A DNA stretch of 64,000 nucleotides from a virus. The stretch lies in the IMG/VR virus record IMGVR_UViG_3300049484_000177, positions 34,384 through 98,383 of that record, one strand, 5' to 3'. Below are positions 20,243-30,136 of the stretch, piece by piece (within the stretch, counting starts at the first letter, position 1; the number at the start of each line of letters is the position of its first letter). The position numbers and the translations under genes are program-made. The notes beneath the pieces are model-generated. The model did no database searches. It saw nothing but the letters and a program-made list of their open reading frames with translations, and had not been told where the DNA came from.

Positions 20243-20389
20243 GAGTGTAGGTATAACGGATGGAACCAGAGACCTGGCACTGCTCCCATAACGACGTCTC
20301 AAACCTTCCGACGTATCTTTCACTCGATGCAAACTGGAAGCGTTATGACAACGTATGGAAGTACGAAAACGCTTGCGATGCGTAGTGCC
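20243..20389 (+). ncRNA. candidate pseudoknotted RNA upstream of the tRNA
   Basis: GGCACT/AGTGCC, CATAACG/CGTTATG, CTTCC/GGAAG, GAGTG/CACTC pairings. Confidence 0.45.
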
Positions 20390-20440
20390 GAACTATTTCG
20401 TCACGCTCCCGGCTGGGAATGGAACCAGTGCGGGAGTATT

Positions 20441-20514
<74 letters not shown>

Positions 20515-20533
20515 TTATTGAAGGGAGAGACAC

Positions 20534-21628
20534 ATGACAGAAGAACGAACGAAGGTTAGTGCAATCAAAGCAGCTAGACTTAAGTCACCGTTCACAGAGG
20601 ACGAGCTGCTTCATACTGGCAGTCTGCTACTCAACCTATCCGTATCAGGTAATCCAAATGGTGGCATCCTCAAGGGACGATACTTCTATCTTGTTGGGGA
20701 CAGTAGCAGCGGCAAGACTTTCTTCACGCTCACCGCGTTAGCAGAAGCATCCATCAACCCTGCTTTCGATGATTATCGTTTGATATACGATGACGTTGAG
20801 GGTGGGGCACTTATGGATGTAGAGAGGTACTTTGGAGGCAAACTAGCCGACCGCATTGAGCCTCCATCTGGCACTAAAGATCGTCCAATCTATTCAGCAT
20901 TAGTCGAGGAGTTCTACTTCCACCTGGACGATGCATTCAATCGTAGGGAACCGTTCATCTATGTCCTCGATTCGCAGGATGCTCTCGATAGTCTCTACTC
21001 ACAAAAGAAGTTCAGGCAGCTCAAAATAGCATCCCGCACGGACACTAAGGCGAAGGGTGACTATGGGGATGGTAAGGCCAAGTTCCACAGCACCCGTATT
21101 CGCAGCGTCGTATCCAAGCTGCGAGAGACTGGTTCGATTCTCATACTGGTGAACCAAACACGGGACGTTATAAGCACCACACCATTTGGACCTAAAACAC
21201 AAGCTAGTGGTGGTCGAGCATTGAAATTCTATGCTGCTGCCCAAATATGGACGTCGGTTAAGGGCAAGCTAGTTAGGACCATCAACAAGAAGAAACGTCA
21301 GGTAGGCATAGAAGCCAGGGTATCCATCAAGAAGAATCGCATCAGTGGCAAGGAATGGTCTGTTGTGGTTCCTATCTACTTCTCCCACGGCATCGACGAC
21401 ATAGGCTCTTGTGTGGAATTCCTAGCGGACGAGGGTAGGTGGGGACGAAACAAAAAGACTGGCATGATTAGGGCCAGCGACTTCGACGACATCTCTGGTA
21501 ATCTGGATACGGTAGTTAGGAAGATCGAGGAGTTAGGGTTGGAGAACGAGGTCCGTGAGATAACGGCAGAGGTCTTTCAGGAGATCGAAGAGGCCGCCCG
21601 TGTAGTAAGGAAGCGACGGTATGAATAA
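20534..21628 (+). CDS. recA: RecA/UvsX-like recombinase
   Basis: GDSSSGKT, YVLDS, VNQTR, SGGRALKFYA. Confidence 0.95.
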   Translation: MTEERTKVSAIKAARLKSPFTEDELLHTGSLLLNLSVSGNPNGGILKGRYFYLVGDSSSGKTFFTLTALAEASINPAFDDYRLIYDDVEGGALMDVERYFGGKLADRIEPPSGTKDRPIYSALVEEFYFHLDDAFNRREPFIYVLDSQDALDSLYSQKKFRQLKIASRTDTKAKGDYGDGKAKFHSTRIRSVVSKLRETGSILILVNQTRDVISTTPFGPKTQASGGRALKFYAAAQIWTSVKGKLVRTINKKKRQVGIEARVSIKKNRISGKEWSVVVPIYFSHGIDDIGSCVEFLADEGRWGRNKKTGMIRASDFDDISGNLDTVVRKIEELGLENEVREITAEVFQEIEEAARVVRKRRYE

Positions 21629-22097
21629 ACGGCGTTATCGGGAAGATGCTGATTTCCTGCGACCGTGGACACAAGACGAAATAGACTATGCTCTCAACAC
21701 AATTCTACCAGCCAACAGTGTTGAGCAGTTCCACGGTCTCTGTGATGTAGTAGGTAGTAAGCTAGGACGTAGCGGATCGGCCGTTAGTCGGTTCATGTGG
21801 GGTCTAGCTTCCCGTATTACTCATACTGAATACACCCCCGGTCCAGGTAGGATTCCCCGCTCGGATAAGTACACCTACTGCGACATTCGCATGACCGAGT
21901 TAGCATCGAAGGCTATCACTAAGGATAAGAATGCAAAGGCTGGTCGGTCCAATCCACAATATCTAGCAGGCATACTAGGTCACCCGGTCGAAATGGTAGA
22001 AGTGCTCTGGCGGAAGTATGGGTGGGGAGCGGGGAGGTCTAGGTTTCAGTTGGATCGGTATACTATATCCAACAAGCAAGTAGGACCAATGAAATGA
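21621..22097 (+). CDS. hypothetical protein
   Basis: Operon-packed; PWTQDE Myb-like start. Confidence 0.65.
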   Translation: MNKRRYREDADFLRPWTQDEIDYALNTILPANSVEQFHGLCDVVGSKLGRSGSAVSRFMWGLASRITHTEYTPGPGRIPRSDKYTYCDIRMTELASKAITKDKNAKAGRSNPQYLAGILGHPVEMVEVLWRKYGWGAGRSRFQLDRYTISNKQVGPMK

Positions 22098-22318
22098 TGA
22101 TACCCAAAAAGATTCGCCAAGCCATTAATATTGCAATAGGCGAAGTGAGCAACGAGATCGGAAACTTTGGTAGTAGAAGTCGAGTTGCTGCAGGAATGGC
22201 ATCTGAAGGTTATAGTGGAGGTTACAGGGATGCTCTCCATGATGTGTTACTGTTACTGAATGGGAACATACCAAACCGACGTCACTACTGGTATCATCTA
22301 ACCGACAAAGGCAAGTGA
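22094..22318 (+). CDS. hypothetical protein
   Basis: Operon-packed. Confidence 0.6.
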   Translation: MMIPKKIRQAINIAIGEVSNEIGNFGSRSRVAAGMASEGYSGGYRDALHDVLLLLNGNIPNRRHYWYHLTDKGK

Positions 22319-22319
22319 A

Positions 22320-23111
22320 ATGAGTACATGGCTAGTTCTAGATAGCTCTTATCTCGTGTATCGTGCTGCCTATGCCATGAGAGATGCTGGCGATCCTGTC
22401 TACGGGTTCCTAGCTACTGTAATGTCGCTCAGGGAACGGTTCGACACGGACAACTTCGTGTTCGCATTCGACCGGGGTAAGCTGAAACGCACTGAGATAC
22501 TACCTACATACAAAGACAGACCACCGAGGAGTCCAGACCACGAGGAAGAGCATAAGTTGGCCAAACAAACAATGGAGCAGCTACGTCGTAAGCTGCTACC
22601 ATTCTTTGGGTTCAAGAACATCTTGTCTCAACCCGGTTATGAGGCGGACGACGTTATTGCTAGTGTGGTTATCAACAGCCTACCGGAAGGTGATGATGCA
22701 GTTATAGTTTCTACTGACAACGATTTACTGCAACTACTAAGTACTGATCGGGTGGTGATATACAATCCCAATAAGGAACTTGTGTATAATGAGGCTAAGT
22801 TCTCGGAAGAGTGGTATGGTCTGCAACCAGGAGATTGGGCACTGGTGAAAGCAATCGCGGGATGCCGATCGGACAACGTTCCAGGTATACGAGGTATTGG
22901 AGAAACTACAGCAGCTAAGTTCGTAGCTGGTCAACTGCCGTGGCATAGCAGTGGTTATGAGAAGATCAAATCAACCAAGAAGTCAGTCTTCGAAGAAAGA
23001 CTCAAGCTAGTCAAACTTCCGTATGAGGGAACACAGACATTCACACTAGCTGAGGATGATAATGTGGATTGGAGGAGGGTGAGGACTTATGCTCCGAAGT
23101 CAGATGACTAA
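22320..23111 (+). CDS. 5'-3' exonuclease / flap endonuclease (Pol I N-domain-like)
   Basis: LDSSYLVYR, YEADDVIA, STDNDLLQL, SDNVPGIRGIGETTA. Confidence 0.93.
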   Translation: MSTWLVLDSSYLVYRAAYAMRDAGDPVYGFLATVMSLRERFDTDNFVFAFDRGKLKRTEILPTYKDRPPRSPDHEEEHKLAKQTMEQLRRKLLPFFGFKNILSQPGYEADDVIASVVINSLPEGDDAVIVSTDNDLLQLLSTDRVVIYNPNKELVYNEAKFSEEWYGLQPGDWALVKAIAGCRSDNVPGIRGIGETTAAKFVAGQLPWHSSGYEKIKSTKKSVFEERLKLVKLPYEGTQTFTLAEDDNVDWRRVRTYAPKSDD

Positions 23112-23634
23112 ATTCATAGGCATCGACCCTGGCACGCACGGAGGCATAGCCGTTATCGATCTAAGTGGTCAGGTAGAGTACCTTCGTAAGATGCCAGAGA
23201 CAGAAGTAGATATATGGCAATTGATAGATGAGATTTCAATGGAGGCGTCACGCGCGGCTATTGAGAAGGTGCATTCCAGACCAGTATTCACACCAGGTAA
23301 ACCATGCCCATTATGTCACCGCCCACCCAACTTCAATCCAGGAATGAAATCGTCGTTCGCCTTTGGCCAAAACTACGGCTTCCTTCGTGCGTGCCTAACT
23401 GCGACAGAGGTCCGATTCCAAACCGTAGATCCGAAGATATGGCAGAGGGACGTTGGCATTATACCCAAGCAAAAGGGCGAAACAAACACTCACTGGAAGA
23501 ACAGACTCAAGGCTCATGCACAGCAGCTTTTCCCTCATGTGAACATAACCTTAGCAACGGCAGATGCGCTTCTTATAGCAGAGTTTTGCAGGATGCATTA
23601 TAATGTCACAACCAGCAGAAAACAAAATCATTGA
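23104..23634 (+). CDS. ruvC: RuvC-like Holliday junction resolvase
   Basis: IGIDPG, AIEKV, FAFGQNYG, ADALLIA. Confidence 0.88.
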   Translation: MTKFIGIDPGTHGGIAVIDLSGQVEYLRKMPETEVDIWQLIDEISMEASRAAIEKVHSRPVFTPGKPCPLCHRPPNFNPGMKSSFAFGQNYGFLRACLTATEVRFQTVDPKIWQRDVGIIPKQKGETNTHWKNRLKAHAQQLFPHVNITLATADALLIAEFCRMHYNVTTSRKQNH

Positions 23635-23881
23635 GGTAGTTGAGAATCTAGTTAACTGCACCACCCTATCTAACGCTAGGGATTTTGTAGGGCGGCCAAT
23701 AAAGCTAGTTCGCGGTATGTATACTGGGTACACTGGCACCATTAGTCATACATTCCTCGCTGACGTTTCTAACGACGAACGGTTGGGTAGGGGTGTCTAT
23801 CATACCGTGAAACTGGATGACTTCCCAATAGTATTGTTTGGCATAACGTGGCTTGACTATCTCAGGGTAGGTAAATGGTAG
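23603..23881 (+). CDS. hypothetical protein (KOW-like)
   Basis: VRGMYTGYTGTI. Confidence 0.55.
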   Translation: MSQPAENKIIEVVENLVNCTTLSNARDFVGRPIKLVRGMYTGYTGTISHTFLADVSNDERLGRGVYHTVKLDDFPIVLFGITWLDYLRVGKW

Positions 23882-24078
23882 ACTCGAAAAACAAGACTCT
23901 GCTATGGCCTCACTGTCCTGTTTGTGGAATACCGATGTCAGAGTGGTTTACTTGGGGAGGTAAGATGTACTGCTACCCATGTGGTCCACTTAGCCCGAAA
24001 CGAGGAAAGGTCATTACGGAAGATCAAGCAGATTGGAAGGATAGATGTGATGGTAGACTGGAAGAAACTATCTCGTAA
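23875..24078 (+). CDS. small zinc-finger protein
   Basis: CPVC, CYPC. Confidence 0.55.
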   Translation: MVDSKNKTLLWPHCPVCGIPMSEWFTWGGKMYCYPCGPLSPKRGKVITEDQADWKDRCDGRLEETIS

Positions 24079-24079
24079 C

Positions 24080-24457
24080 ATGGACGTTCGGGTCAAAGCA
24101 GAGGAGATCAAGAAGCTCATCGACGAGATGTTTGATGAGGAGAAATTCACCGACGAAGAGAAGCAACGGGCTTGGGGTGTTATACTCAATGAGGTATTCG
24201 ACCGGGACGATGCAGATGAGAAGATGTCGGTTGCTCCTATGTCTTACAATGAGGCAAGGAGGTGGTATCATAATCACATCCTGACCTTTGGAAAGCACAA
24301 GGACAAGAAGATAGAAGATGTCCCATTTGAATACCTCTCTTGGTTAGCCTGGCAACCTGATTTTCGTAGGGATCTAAATAGATTCCTAGCATCGGAATTC
24401 GTCAAGACGCAGCAATATCTCAAGGGATCGAAGTCTGTCGAGGAAGATAGTGATTGA
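24080..24457 (+). CDS. DUF3820-like protein
   Basis: LTFGKHKDKKIEDVPFEYLSWL. Confidence 0.75.
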   Translation: MDVRVKAEEIKKLIDEMFDEEKFTDEEKQRAWGVILNEVFDRDDADEKMSVAPMSYNEARRWYHNHILTFGKHKDKKIEDVPFEYLSWLAWQPDFRRDLNRFLASEFVKTQQYLKGSKSVEEDSD

Positions 24458-25358
24458 CTCCATTTCGTTGCAGAATTTCCAGACTCATCGTCGATTGCAT
24501 ATCGACCTAGACCCGCACATAACAATTGTCGTGGGTCCTAGTGACGTCGGTAAGTCTTCTATCATCCGAGCCCTTAACTACGTTGCCTTCAATTCACCGT
24601 CTGGAGATGCCTTCATTAGAGATGGATCAAAGGGCTGTACTGTAACCATCAGAACTAACGGTCATGTAGTAAAGAGGCGTAGGGGCAAGCAAGTAAACCA
24701 CTACGAAATAGACGGGCGTAAGCTAGAGGCCCTTCGCAAGGGTGAGGTTCCCGATGACGTACTAAATGCCTTGCAGCTAGACGAACTGAACATCCAGCAT
24801 CAGCACGATGCTCCTCTATGGTTATCCGAAAGTGCTGGGCAGGTAGCAAAGAATCTCAACGAGATAGTCAACCTGGATCTCATCGACCGTGTACTCACCA
24901 GGCTCAGCAGAGCAACCCGGCAAGTGTCTAGTGAGCTGACTGTTTGTGAGAATCGTCTACTAGCTGCCAAATCTACTGCTAAGGAACTCGAATGGGTTGA
25001 ACAGGCTATAGCTGACTATGAAGCTGTAGAGAGGGCAGAAGCTAAGATACAGGAAGCCCAACAAGAACATACTCAGTTACTCACTATCGTCCAGTCATTA
25101 GAAAAGCAGGAAGAAAAGATAACCAGGCTTGAAGGTATCGTTGAGCCTGCTCAAAAGGACTTAGATGATCTGCAAGAGACGAATAAGCAATGGAATGAAC
25201 TACAGGATTCAGCCGAGTCCTTGAGGAATCTGCTACTACAAATAGGACGACTAGAAGGTCAGATGTATGAAGCGGATCGTCAGGGTTCTCTTGTAGACAA
25301 GCAACTCAAATCAGTGAAGACATGCCCTCTATGCCAGCGACCAATAGGGAAGCAATAA
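24450..25358 (+). CDS. sbcC: SbcC/Rad50-like ATPase, N-terminal half
   Basis: LQNFQTH, GPSDVGKSS, coiled coil, ends at zinc hook CPLC. Confidence 0.9.
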   Translation: MIDSISLQNFQTHRRLHIDLDPHITIVVGPSDVGKSSIIRALNYVAFNSPSGDAFIRDGSKGCTVTIRTNGHVVKRRRGKQVNHYEIDGRKLEALRKGEVPDDVLNALQLDELNIQHQHDAPLWLSESAGQVAKNLNEIVNLDLIDRVLTRLSRATRQVSSELTVCENRLLAAKSTAKELEWVEQAIADYEAVERAEAKIQEAQQEHTQLLTIVQSLEKQEEKITRLEGIVEPAQKDLDDLQETNKQWNELQDSAESLRNLLLQIGRLEGQMYEADRQGSLVDKQLKSVKTCPLCQRPIGKQ

Positions 25359-25658
25359 ATGAACGCTGAACAGAACCTCATTGAGAACCTCATTCCTCCC
25401 CTTGGAGTCTACGGCTATTGGTTGATTTTGTACGGGATGTTATTGGACAAAAACGATCCTGAAGTTCGTCGCATCATGGCTGTATATGAAATGTATTACA
25501 GGTCACCTGATAGTCCAACGGCTGGGATGTTGATGGGAGCTATCGACGTCTATGTTAGGAATCATCCTGACCAGTCTATACCAGCATCGATGGATGAAGG
25601 GGAACGACGCCTCAAACTACGCAACCAACCAACAGTCGATAAAAAGCTGATAGTCTGA
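25359..25658 (+). CDS. hypothetical protein
   Basis: Operon-packed. Confidence 0.6.
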   Translation: MNAEQNLIENLIPPLGVYGYWLILYGMLLDKNDPEVRRIMAVYEMYYRSPDSPTAGMLMGAIDVYVRNHPDQSIPASMDEGERRLKLRNQPTVDKKLIV

Positions 25659-25670
25659 AAGGGACTAACC

Positions 25671-25955
25671 ATGACTAGCAAAGCGCCCCAACAGCCTCCC
25701 GATAAACCGAGTCGTCCATCGATTCCACCACCTCTACCACCGAGAAAGCCACCAACCCTCGAACAAGCTGGTGTAAACAAAATGGATGAACTCAGAAGGG
25801 AGATTCTACTAACAGGAGTTCGTTGGACCAATAACATCTTGGTGGAGATTTTGTCTAAGCATGCTAGAGCTGTAAGTAATGAGGGGGCTGACTCTCTAGC
25901 CAAAGCTATTCAATATCTAGCAGAAGCAGAGAGAGCCTTTAGAAGAAACAAATGA
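25671..25955 (+). CDS. hypothetical protein with Pro-rich N-terminus
   Basis: RBS; overlaps next gene. Confidence 0.6.
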   Translation: MTSKAPQQPPDKPSRPSIPPPLPPRKPPTLEQAGVNKMDELRREILLTGVRWTNNILVEILSKHARAVSNEGADSLAKAIQYLAEAERAFRRNK

Positions 25956-26869
25956 ACCCCAAACCAATAGCCATCTTTTGCTCCGACATTCATTTGTCGG
26001 TCAAACCACCGGCTCTACGTTTCAATGAGCCAGATTGGTATGAGGCTATGGAACGTCCCATCAAGGAGCTATGCAAACTACAAAGCAAATTGAAGGTCCC
26101 TATACTTTGTTGTGGTGACGTATTTGATCATTGGCGGAGTCCTCCTGAACTTGTTAACTTCGCTATACAGACATTACCCAAGATGTATGCTATACCTGGA
26201 CAACACGATCTACCAAATCACAGCTACGAAGACATAGAGAGATCGGCCTATTGGACGTTGACCGAGGCAGATATAGTTCGACACATTGAACCTGGCAAGC
26301 CAGTTAGACTAGAAGACGAAGGGTTAGAATTGTGGGGCTTCCCGTGGGGCTTTAATCCAGAACCTTGTCTATCTGATTGGACACGACGAGGAGAGTCGTC
26401 TCTGAAAATAGCCATCGTTCATCAATACTGTTGGTCTGGCAAACATAAGTACCCCACAGCCCCAGAACAAAATAACGTCCGGTCGTTCAAGCTGACTGGT
26501 TACGATGCTGTAGCTTTCGGTGATAACCACGATGGATTCATTAGAGGTCGTATATGTAATTGTGGGTCTATGATGCGTAGGCATTCACCTGACTTACAAC
26601 GGCATCCATTCCTATCTGTCCTTATGAGTGATATGTCATTCAAGCAACATATCCTCGATACCAGTAATGACGTCTACTCTACTGATTCCGAAGATGAAGT
26701 AGCAGAAGTAGGTTCGATAGACATTGCCAGTTTCACGGATGGTCTGTTAGAATTGAAAGATGCCAGGGACCTGGACTTCGGGAAGGTGTTACAACGTTAC
26801 TGTCAGAAGATGAAGGTGAGTAGTAGGGTCATAAGCATAATCAATCAAGCCGTGGATAGTGAACGATGA
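25952..26869 (+). CDS. sbcD: SbcD/Mre11-like metallophosphoesterase nuclease
   Basis: SDIH, GDVFD, PGQHD, GDNH, NCGS. Confidence 0.9.
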   Translation: MNPKPIAIFCSDIHLSVKPPALRFNEPDWYEAMERPIKELCKLQSKLKVPILCCGDVFDHWRSPPELVNFAIQTLPKMYAIPGQHDLPNHSYEDIERSAYWTLTEADIVRHIEPGKPVRLEDEGLELWGFPWGFNPEPCLSDWTRRGESSLKIAIVHQYCWSGKHKYPTAPEQNNVRSFKLTGYDAVAFGDNHDGFIRGRICNCGSMMRRHSPDLQRHPFLSVLMSDMSFKQHILDTSNDVYSTDSEDEVAEVGSIDIASFTDGLLELKDARDLDFGKVLQRYCQKMKVSSRVISIINQAVDSER

Positions 26870-27111
26870 TCACTGCCAAAGAATTCCTCAAGCTAAAGGA
26901 TCAGCTAGAGAAACTCAAGGAGGAGTACCACCAAGCTCAAGGGGCTAGAGACAATCTACTAGCTAGACTGCAATCAGATCACCAATGTAACTCAACGGAA
27001 GAAGGTCAAAAGAAGCTCATGGAACTAGAGGAGCAAATACGGCATCTCTCAAAGAGCAGGGATTCAAAACTGTCCAGGTTTGAAAAGAAGTGGTCAAGTA
27101 AATTGAAGTAG
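26866..27111 (+). CDS. short coiled-coil protein (possible middle piece of split SbcC)
   Basis: Heptad-rich; directly follows SbcD. Confidence 0.7.
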   Translation: MITAKEFLKLKDQLEKLKEEYHQAQGARDNLLARLQSDHQCNSTEEGQKKLMELEEQIRHLSKSRDSKLSRFEKKWSSKLK

Positions 27112-27123
27112 GAGCCCTAGCAA

Positions 27124-27327
27124 ATGGCTGATGATATAATCACCAAGGATAATCTACGCAACTGGTACTGTCCCCATTGTAAAGAGTGGTTGGCATCGTG
27201 TGATGTCTCAGAGGGGCAAGGTGTATTTAACCAGCATCGCAAACATATAAAGTGTATGATCACAGCCAACGTAGATGTTGAATGGAGAGTATACCCAATC
27301 AACCTACAAACCGGTAAAGCGTTTTGA
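27124..27327 (+). CDS. small zinc-binding protein
   Basis: CPHC...H...C. Confidence 0.6.
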   Translation: MADDIITKDNLRNWYCPHCKEWLASCDVSEGQGVFNQHRKHIKCMITANVDVEWRVYPINLQTGKAF

Positions 27328-27365
27328 GTGTTCTGTTAGTGTTCCAACCCTAGAGGAGTCGTGGC

Positions 27366-27863
27366 ATGATGAGAACATTTGTGTTTGTGGTGGCGGCGTT
27401 TCTGCCGTCGGTAGCGTTCTGTCAGTCTGTAGGCGAAACCTACTCGCGGAGTGCAGCCTACCAAGCCCAACAACGAGCCAGTGATTCCGCTGGAAACGCT
27501 CTCCAGTGTAGGCTGAAGGCGGAGCAGTGGCGGGATTTAGCGGTTCCACCATTTCGGGCGATTGGTGACCTCATTATGTCGGAGGGCGACCAGCTTGTGG
27601 ATGACGGAGACAACGAGCGGTCGATGGGAGGTCCAGCGTGTGCGAGTGGTGAGGCGTTCTGGGCGTTAGAGATGTACTCGGATGCAGTACCGCCCTTCAA
27701 TGAGGCCACACTGGACTATGTTGCTGCCGAGGTCGATTACGACTGCGCCGCCGCCAAATACGTCGAGGCGGCTAGGGTATACAGGTCGGTTGCCCTATTC
27801 CTGATGGCGGTGGGTATGGAGACCGACGAAGTGGGGGTGATATTACCGGCGTGTGCGTGGTGA
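27366..27863 (+). CDS. predicted secreted helical protein
   Basis: Signal-peptide-like MMRTFVFVVAAFLPSVAFC; GAGGAG RBS. Confidence 0.65.
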   Translation: MMRTFVFVVAAFLPSVAFCQSVGETYSRSAAYQAQQRASDSAGNALQCRLKAEQWRDLAVPPFRAIGDLIMSEGDQLVDDGDNERSMGGPACASGEAFWALEMYSDAVPPFNEATLDYVAAEVDYDCAAAKYVEAARVYRSVALFLMAVGMETDEVGVILPACAW

Positions 27864-27989
27864 ACAATGAAAGCAACGAGGTCAGTATGTCCTGGCAATG
27901 TGTGTTGCTGCTAGTTGGTGCCGCAATCTGGCTAAGTTTCTTGGCTGGATGGTACGTGCGAGACAGTCGAACAATGGGAGAGACGACAA

Positions 27990-28336
27990 TGCCGGATGAA
28001 GTTCTGACCGTGGGCGATCTGGTTGTTGGTATGAATGTGACGGTGCTGGAGTGGGGGCCCCTTACTCAAATTGTCGATGATGTTTCTGTCGTGACTCAGA
28101 GTCGCGGTTTATGTGGCGATGTGTTGGTGGTCAAGGCAATAGACCTGCCGTACATCGTGGTGGAGGAACAAAAGTATTTCGGACGGATTTCCTTGGACAC
28201 CAGGAAAGCGACGCTGATGAAGCTCACCGACGAGTACATGGCGGCCCTGAAACCTGACCAGCCCGCGAAGCGAATGAAACTCACTGATGAGCCTATTTCG
28301 CTGGGACCAGAATTGGAGATGGAATCAACCCCATGA
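27990..28336 (+). CDS. hypothetical protein
   Basis: GGAG RBS before MPDEV; an upstream start would add a TM segment. Confidence 0.55.
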
Positions 28337-28470
28337 CGTTCACCATCAACACACTCTCTGTCCGCGAGGTCCAGCCAGACGGCACGCTGGGGACAGAGTT
28401 GCTGGAGTCACCCAGAGAAGAAGACTTCTGGAAGTGGATCGAACCCGACGAGGAGCAAAGCAATGGCTGA
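28333..28470 (+). CDS. small hypothetical protein (45 aa)
   Basis: Read manually: MTFTINTLSVREVQPDG...; ATGA overlap. Confidence 0.5.
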   Translation: MTFTINTLSVREVQPDGTLGTELLESPREEDFWKWIEPDEEQSNG

Positions 28471-28765
28471 CGAACGAACTCCGGGCCAAGTGGCATATGA
28501 TGTGTTCATGCGTTATGTACTGGGTGACCTTTCGGAATTTGCGGTACGGGCGCAAGCAACACCCAAGGTGCGCGAGGCGTGGGAGGTCGCTGCGAGGGCG
28601 GTCAGAGACAATCAACGGGTCGAGTGCCGGGAACTGCTGGAGACAGCCGTGAATGCGTTTGAGAGTGGTCACCAGTCGATAGAGGGAACTACCGTCTGGT
28701 GTCACGGACAGGTGACTCGGGATTGGCTGCAAAGGGCGAAGGAGGTGATGGATGGCAACGAATAG
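28463..28765 (+). CDS. hypothetical protein
   Basis: GAGGAG RBS; TPGQVAYD motif. Confidence 0.65.
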   Translation: MADERTPGQVAYDVFMRYVLGDLSEFAVRAQATPKVREAWEVAARAVRDNQRVECRELLETAVNAFESGHQSIEGTTVWCHGQVTRDWLQRAKEVMDGNE

Positions 28766-29087
28766 TCTACCTGACGGCTGGGAAGCAACGATTGTTGGTC
28801 AGCCGTGCATGATGTGCCGAAGGAAAGATACTGAGATCGAGCAGCTAAGAGAGGAGTTGAAACGCTCAGTCGATAGTCTGAGTATGCTGGACATTGCAGC
28901 CCGATCCGATGGGCTGCTACCGTCCGATTTTAAGGCTGAGATCGAGACGCTGCGAGATGTCATTAGGTTCGCTCTGTCCCACGTCGTTGCGCGAAACGCC
29001 GGAACTCTCAACGATCCGTTTTCCTATCTCTGGCAGAAAGACTGGGATGAGTTTGAGCGAATGGCGAAGGAGGTGACTGGTGAGTGA
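28752..29087 (+). CDS. hypothetical protein
   Basis: GGAGGT RBS. Confidence 0.65.
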   Translation: MATNSLPDGWEATIVGQPCMMCRRKDTEIEQLREELKRSVDSLSMLDIAARSDGLLPSDFKAEIETLRDVIRFALSHVVARNAGTLNDPFSYLWQKDWDEFERMAKEVTGE

Positions 29088-29256
29088 ACTGACTTGCCCA
29101 CACTGCGGAATACCGATTGAATCGGAGCGGGACATCATCACGTGCCCACGATGTGGTCGCGAAGGATGCGACGTTGCGAGAGGGTGTATGCCAGCGGGAA
29201 GGAATTGCCTATGCCCGGAATGTGAAGAAGGAGAGGGAGGTGACGAAAATGAGTGA
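29080..29256 (+). CDS. small Cys-rich zinc-finger protein (58 aa)
   Basis: Read manually: CPHC, CPRC, CPEC; AGGAGGT RBS. Confidence 0.6.
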   Translation: MSELTCPHCGIPIESERDIITCPRCGREGCDVARGCMPAGRNCLCPECEEGEGGDENE

Positions 29257-29827
29257 GCTAGCGTCGGTATGGTCTCAGAAGTTGGAGATCAGACGACTGA
29301 AAAAGAAGCTCGACGAGTACGAGCAGGCGACACGCGTAGCCTATTTAGAACCCTGCGGCGACGAACGGCATTGTGCGTGCGTACCGCTACTACGAGTCGA
29401 GATAGATCGCCTGCGGCATGAGAACGAGTATCTGCAGGGTGACGAGTACGGCGCGGCGCTGAAGGTGACCGCAGAGGCTCTTGACACAGAGCGGAAGCGT
29501 TTGGATTGGATCTTTGAGTGGTGCATCATCGATCCTGGAGAGGAGCACTATACGCCAGAAAATCGTGAGCAGATCGACGAGCTGATGGCGACCAGTGGGC
29601 CAGACCAGGGGACCGTCCGCAAGTCAATAGAGGACTATGAAGCTGGTCGGTGGAAAACAGCGGAGCAGCTCGTAGATGAATTGAGGTCGAAAACAGAAAC
29701 CGAAAAACTGTGCTCAACATGCGGTGGTTCTGGTTACACTCAATCCGATGGTGGCGGTGCGGTTTTGTGTCGCGACTGCGGGGGTATCACCGATCAGCGT
29801 CTGCGGCGTGAAGCGGGAGGTGAATGA
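29249..29827 (+). CDS. mosaic hypothetical protein with C-terminal DnaJ-like Zn finger
   Basis: GGAGGT RBS; CSTCGGSG...CRDCGG. Confidence 0.65.
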   Translation: MSELASVWSQKLEIRRLKKKLDEYEQATRVAYLEPCGDERHCACVPLLRVEIDRLRHENEYLQGDEYGAALKVTAEALDTERKRLDWIFEWCIIDPGEEHYTPENREQIDELMATSGPDQGTVRKSIEDYEAGRWKTAEQLVDELRSKTETEKLCSTCGGSGYTQSDGGGAVLCRDCGGITDQRLRREAGGE

Positions 29828-29976
29828 TGTTCGCGAGGTTGTTGTGCTGGATGTTTGGCCATAGGTACAGCACTATTAGTCGTTGGGAGAATGAACGCAG
29901 CCAATGGGGCTACCGTGAGTGCGAAAGGTGTGGACACTGCGAGTCATGGCAGCATGACGGTGGAAGGGGTTTTTGA
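29824..29976 (+). CDS. DUF1660-like small protein
   Basis: Read manually: LLCWMFGH...CERCG. Confidence 0.6.
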   Translation: MMFARLLCWMFGHRYSTISRWENERSQWGYRECERCGHCESWQHDGGRGF

Positions 29977-29986
29977 CTGACACGGC

Positions 29987-30096
29987 TGCGGCGGCGTGGC
30001 GACGTACACGCAGGCATTTCGGAGCTTACCACAAAGCCAGAGTTACCTCCAATATCTCTGGCCGGTAAAGGATTCCGTTCGACTCGGAACCACGCA
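29987..30096 (+). ncRNA. degenerate tRNA-like element
   Basis: D-like arm GCGTG/CACGC; T arm TTCCG-TTCGACT-CGGAA; imperfect acceptor TGCGG/CCACGCA. Confidence 0.5.
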
Positions 30097-30136
30097 CTGA
30101 GTAGTGTGTCTTGTTTCAATTAACATGAGGTGCAAT

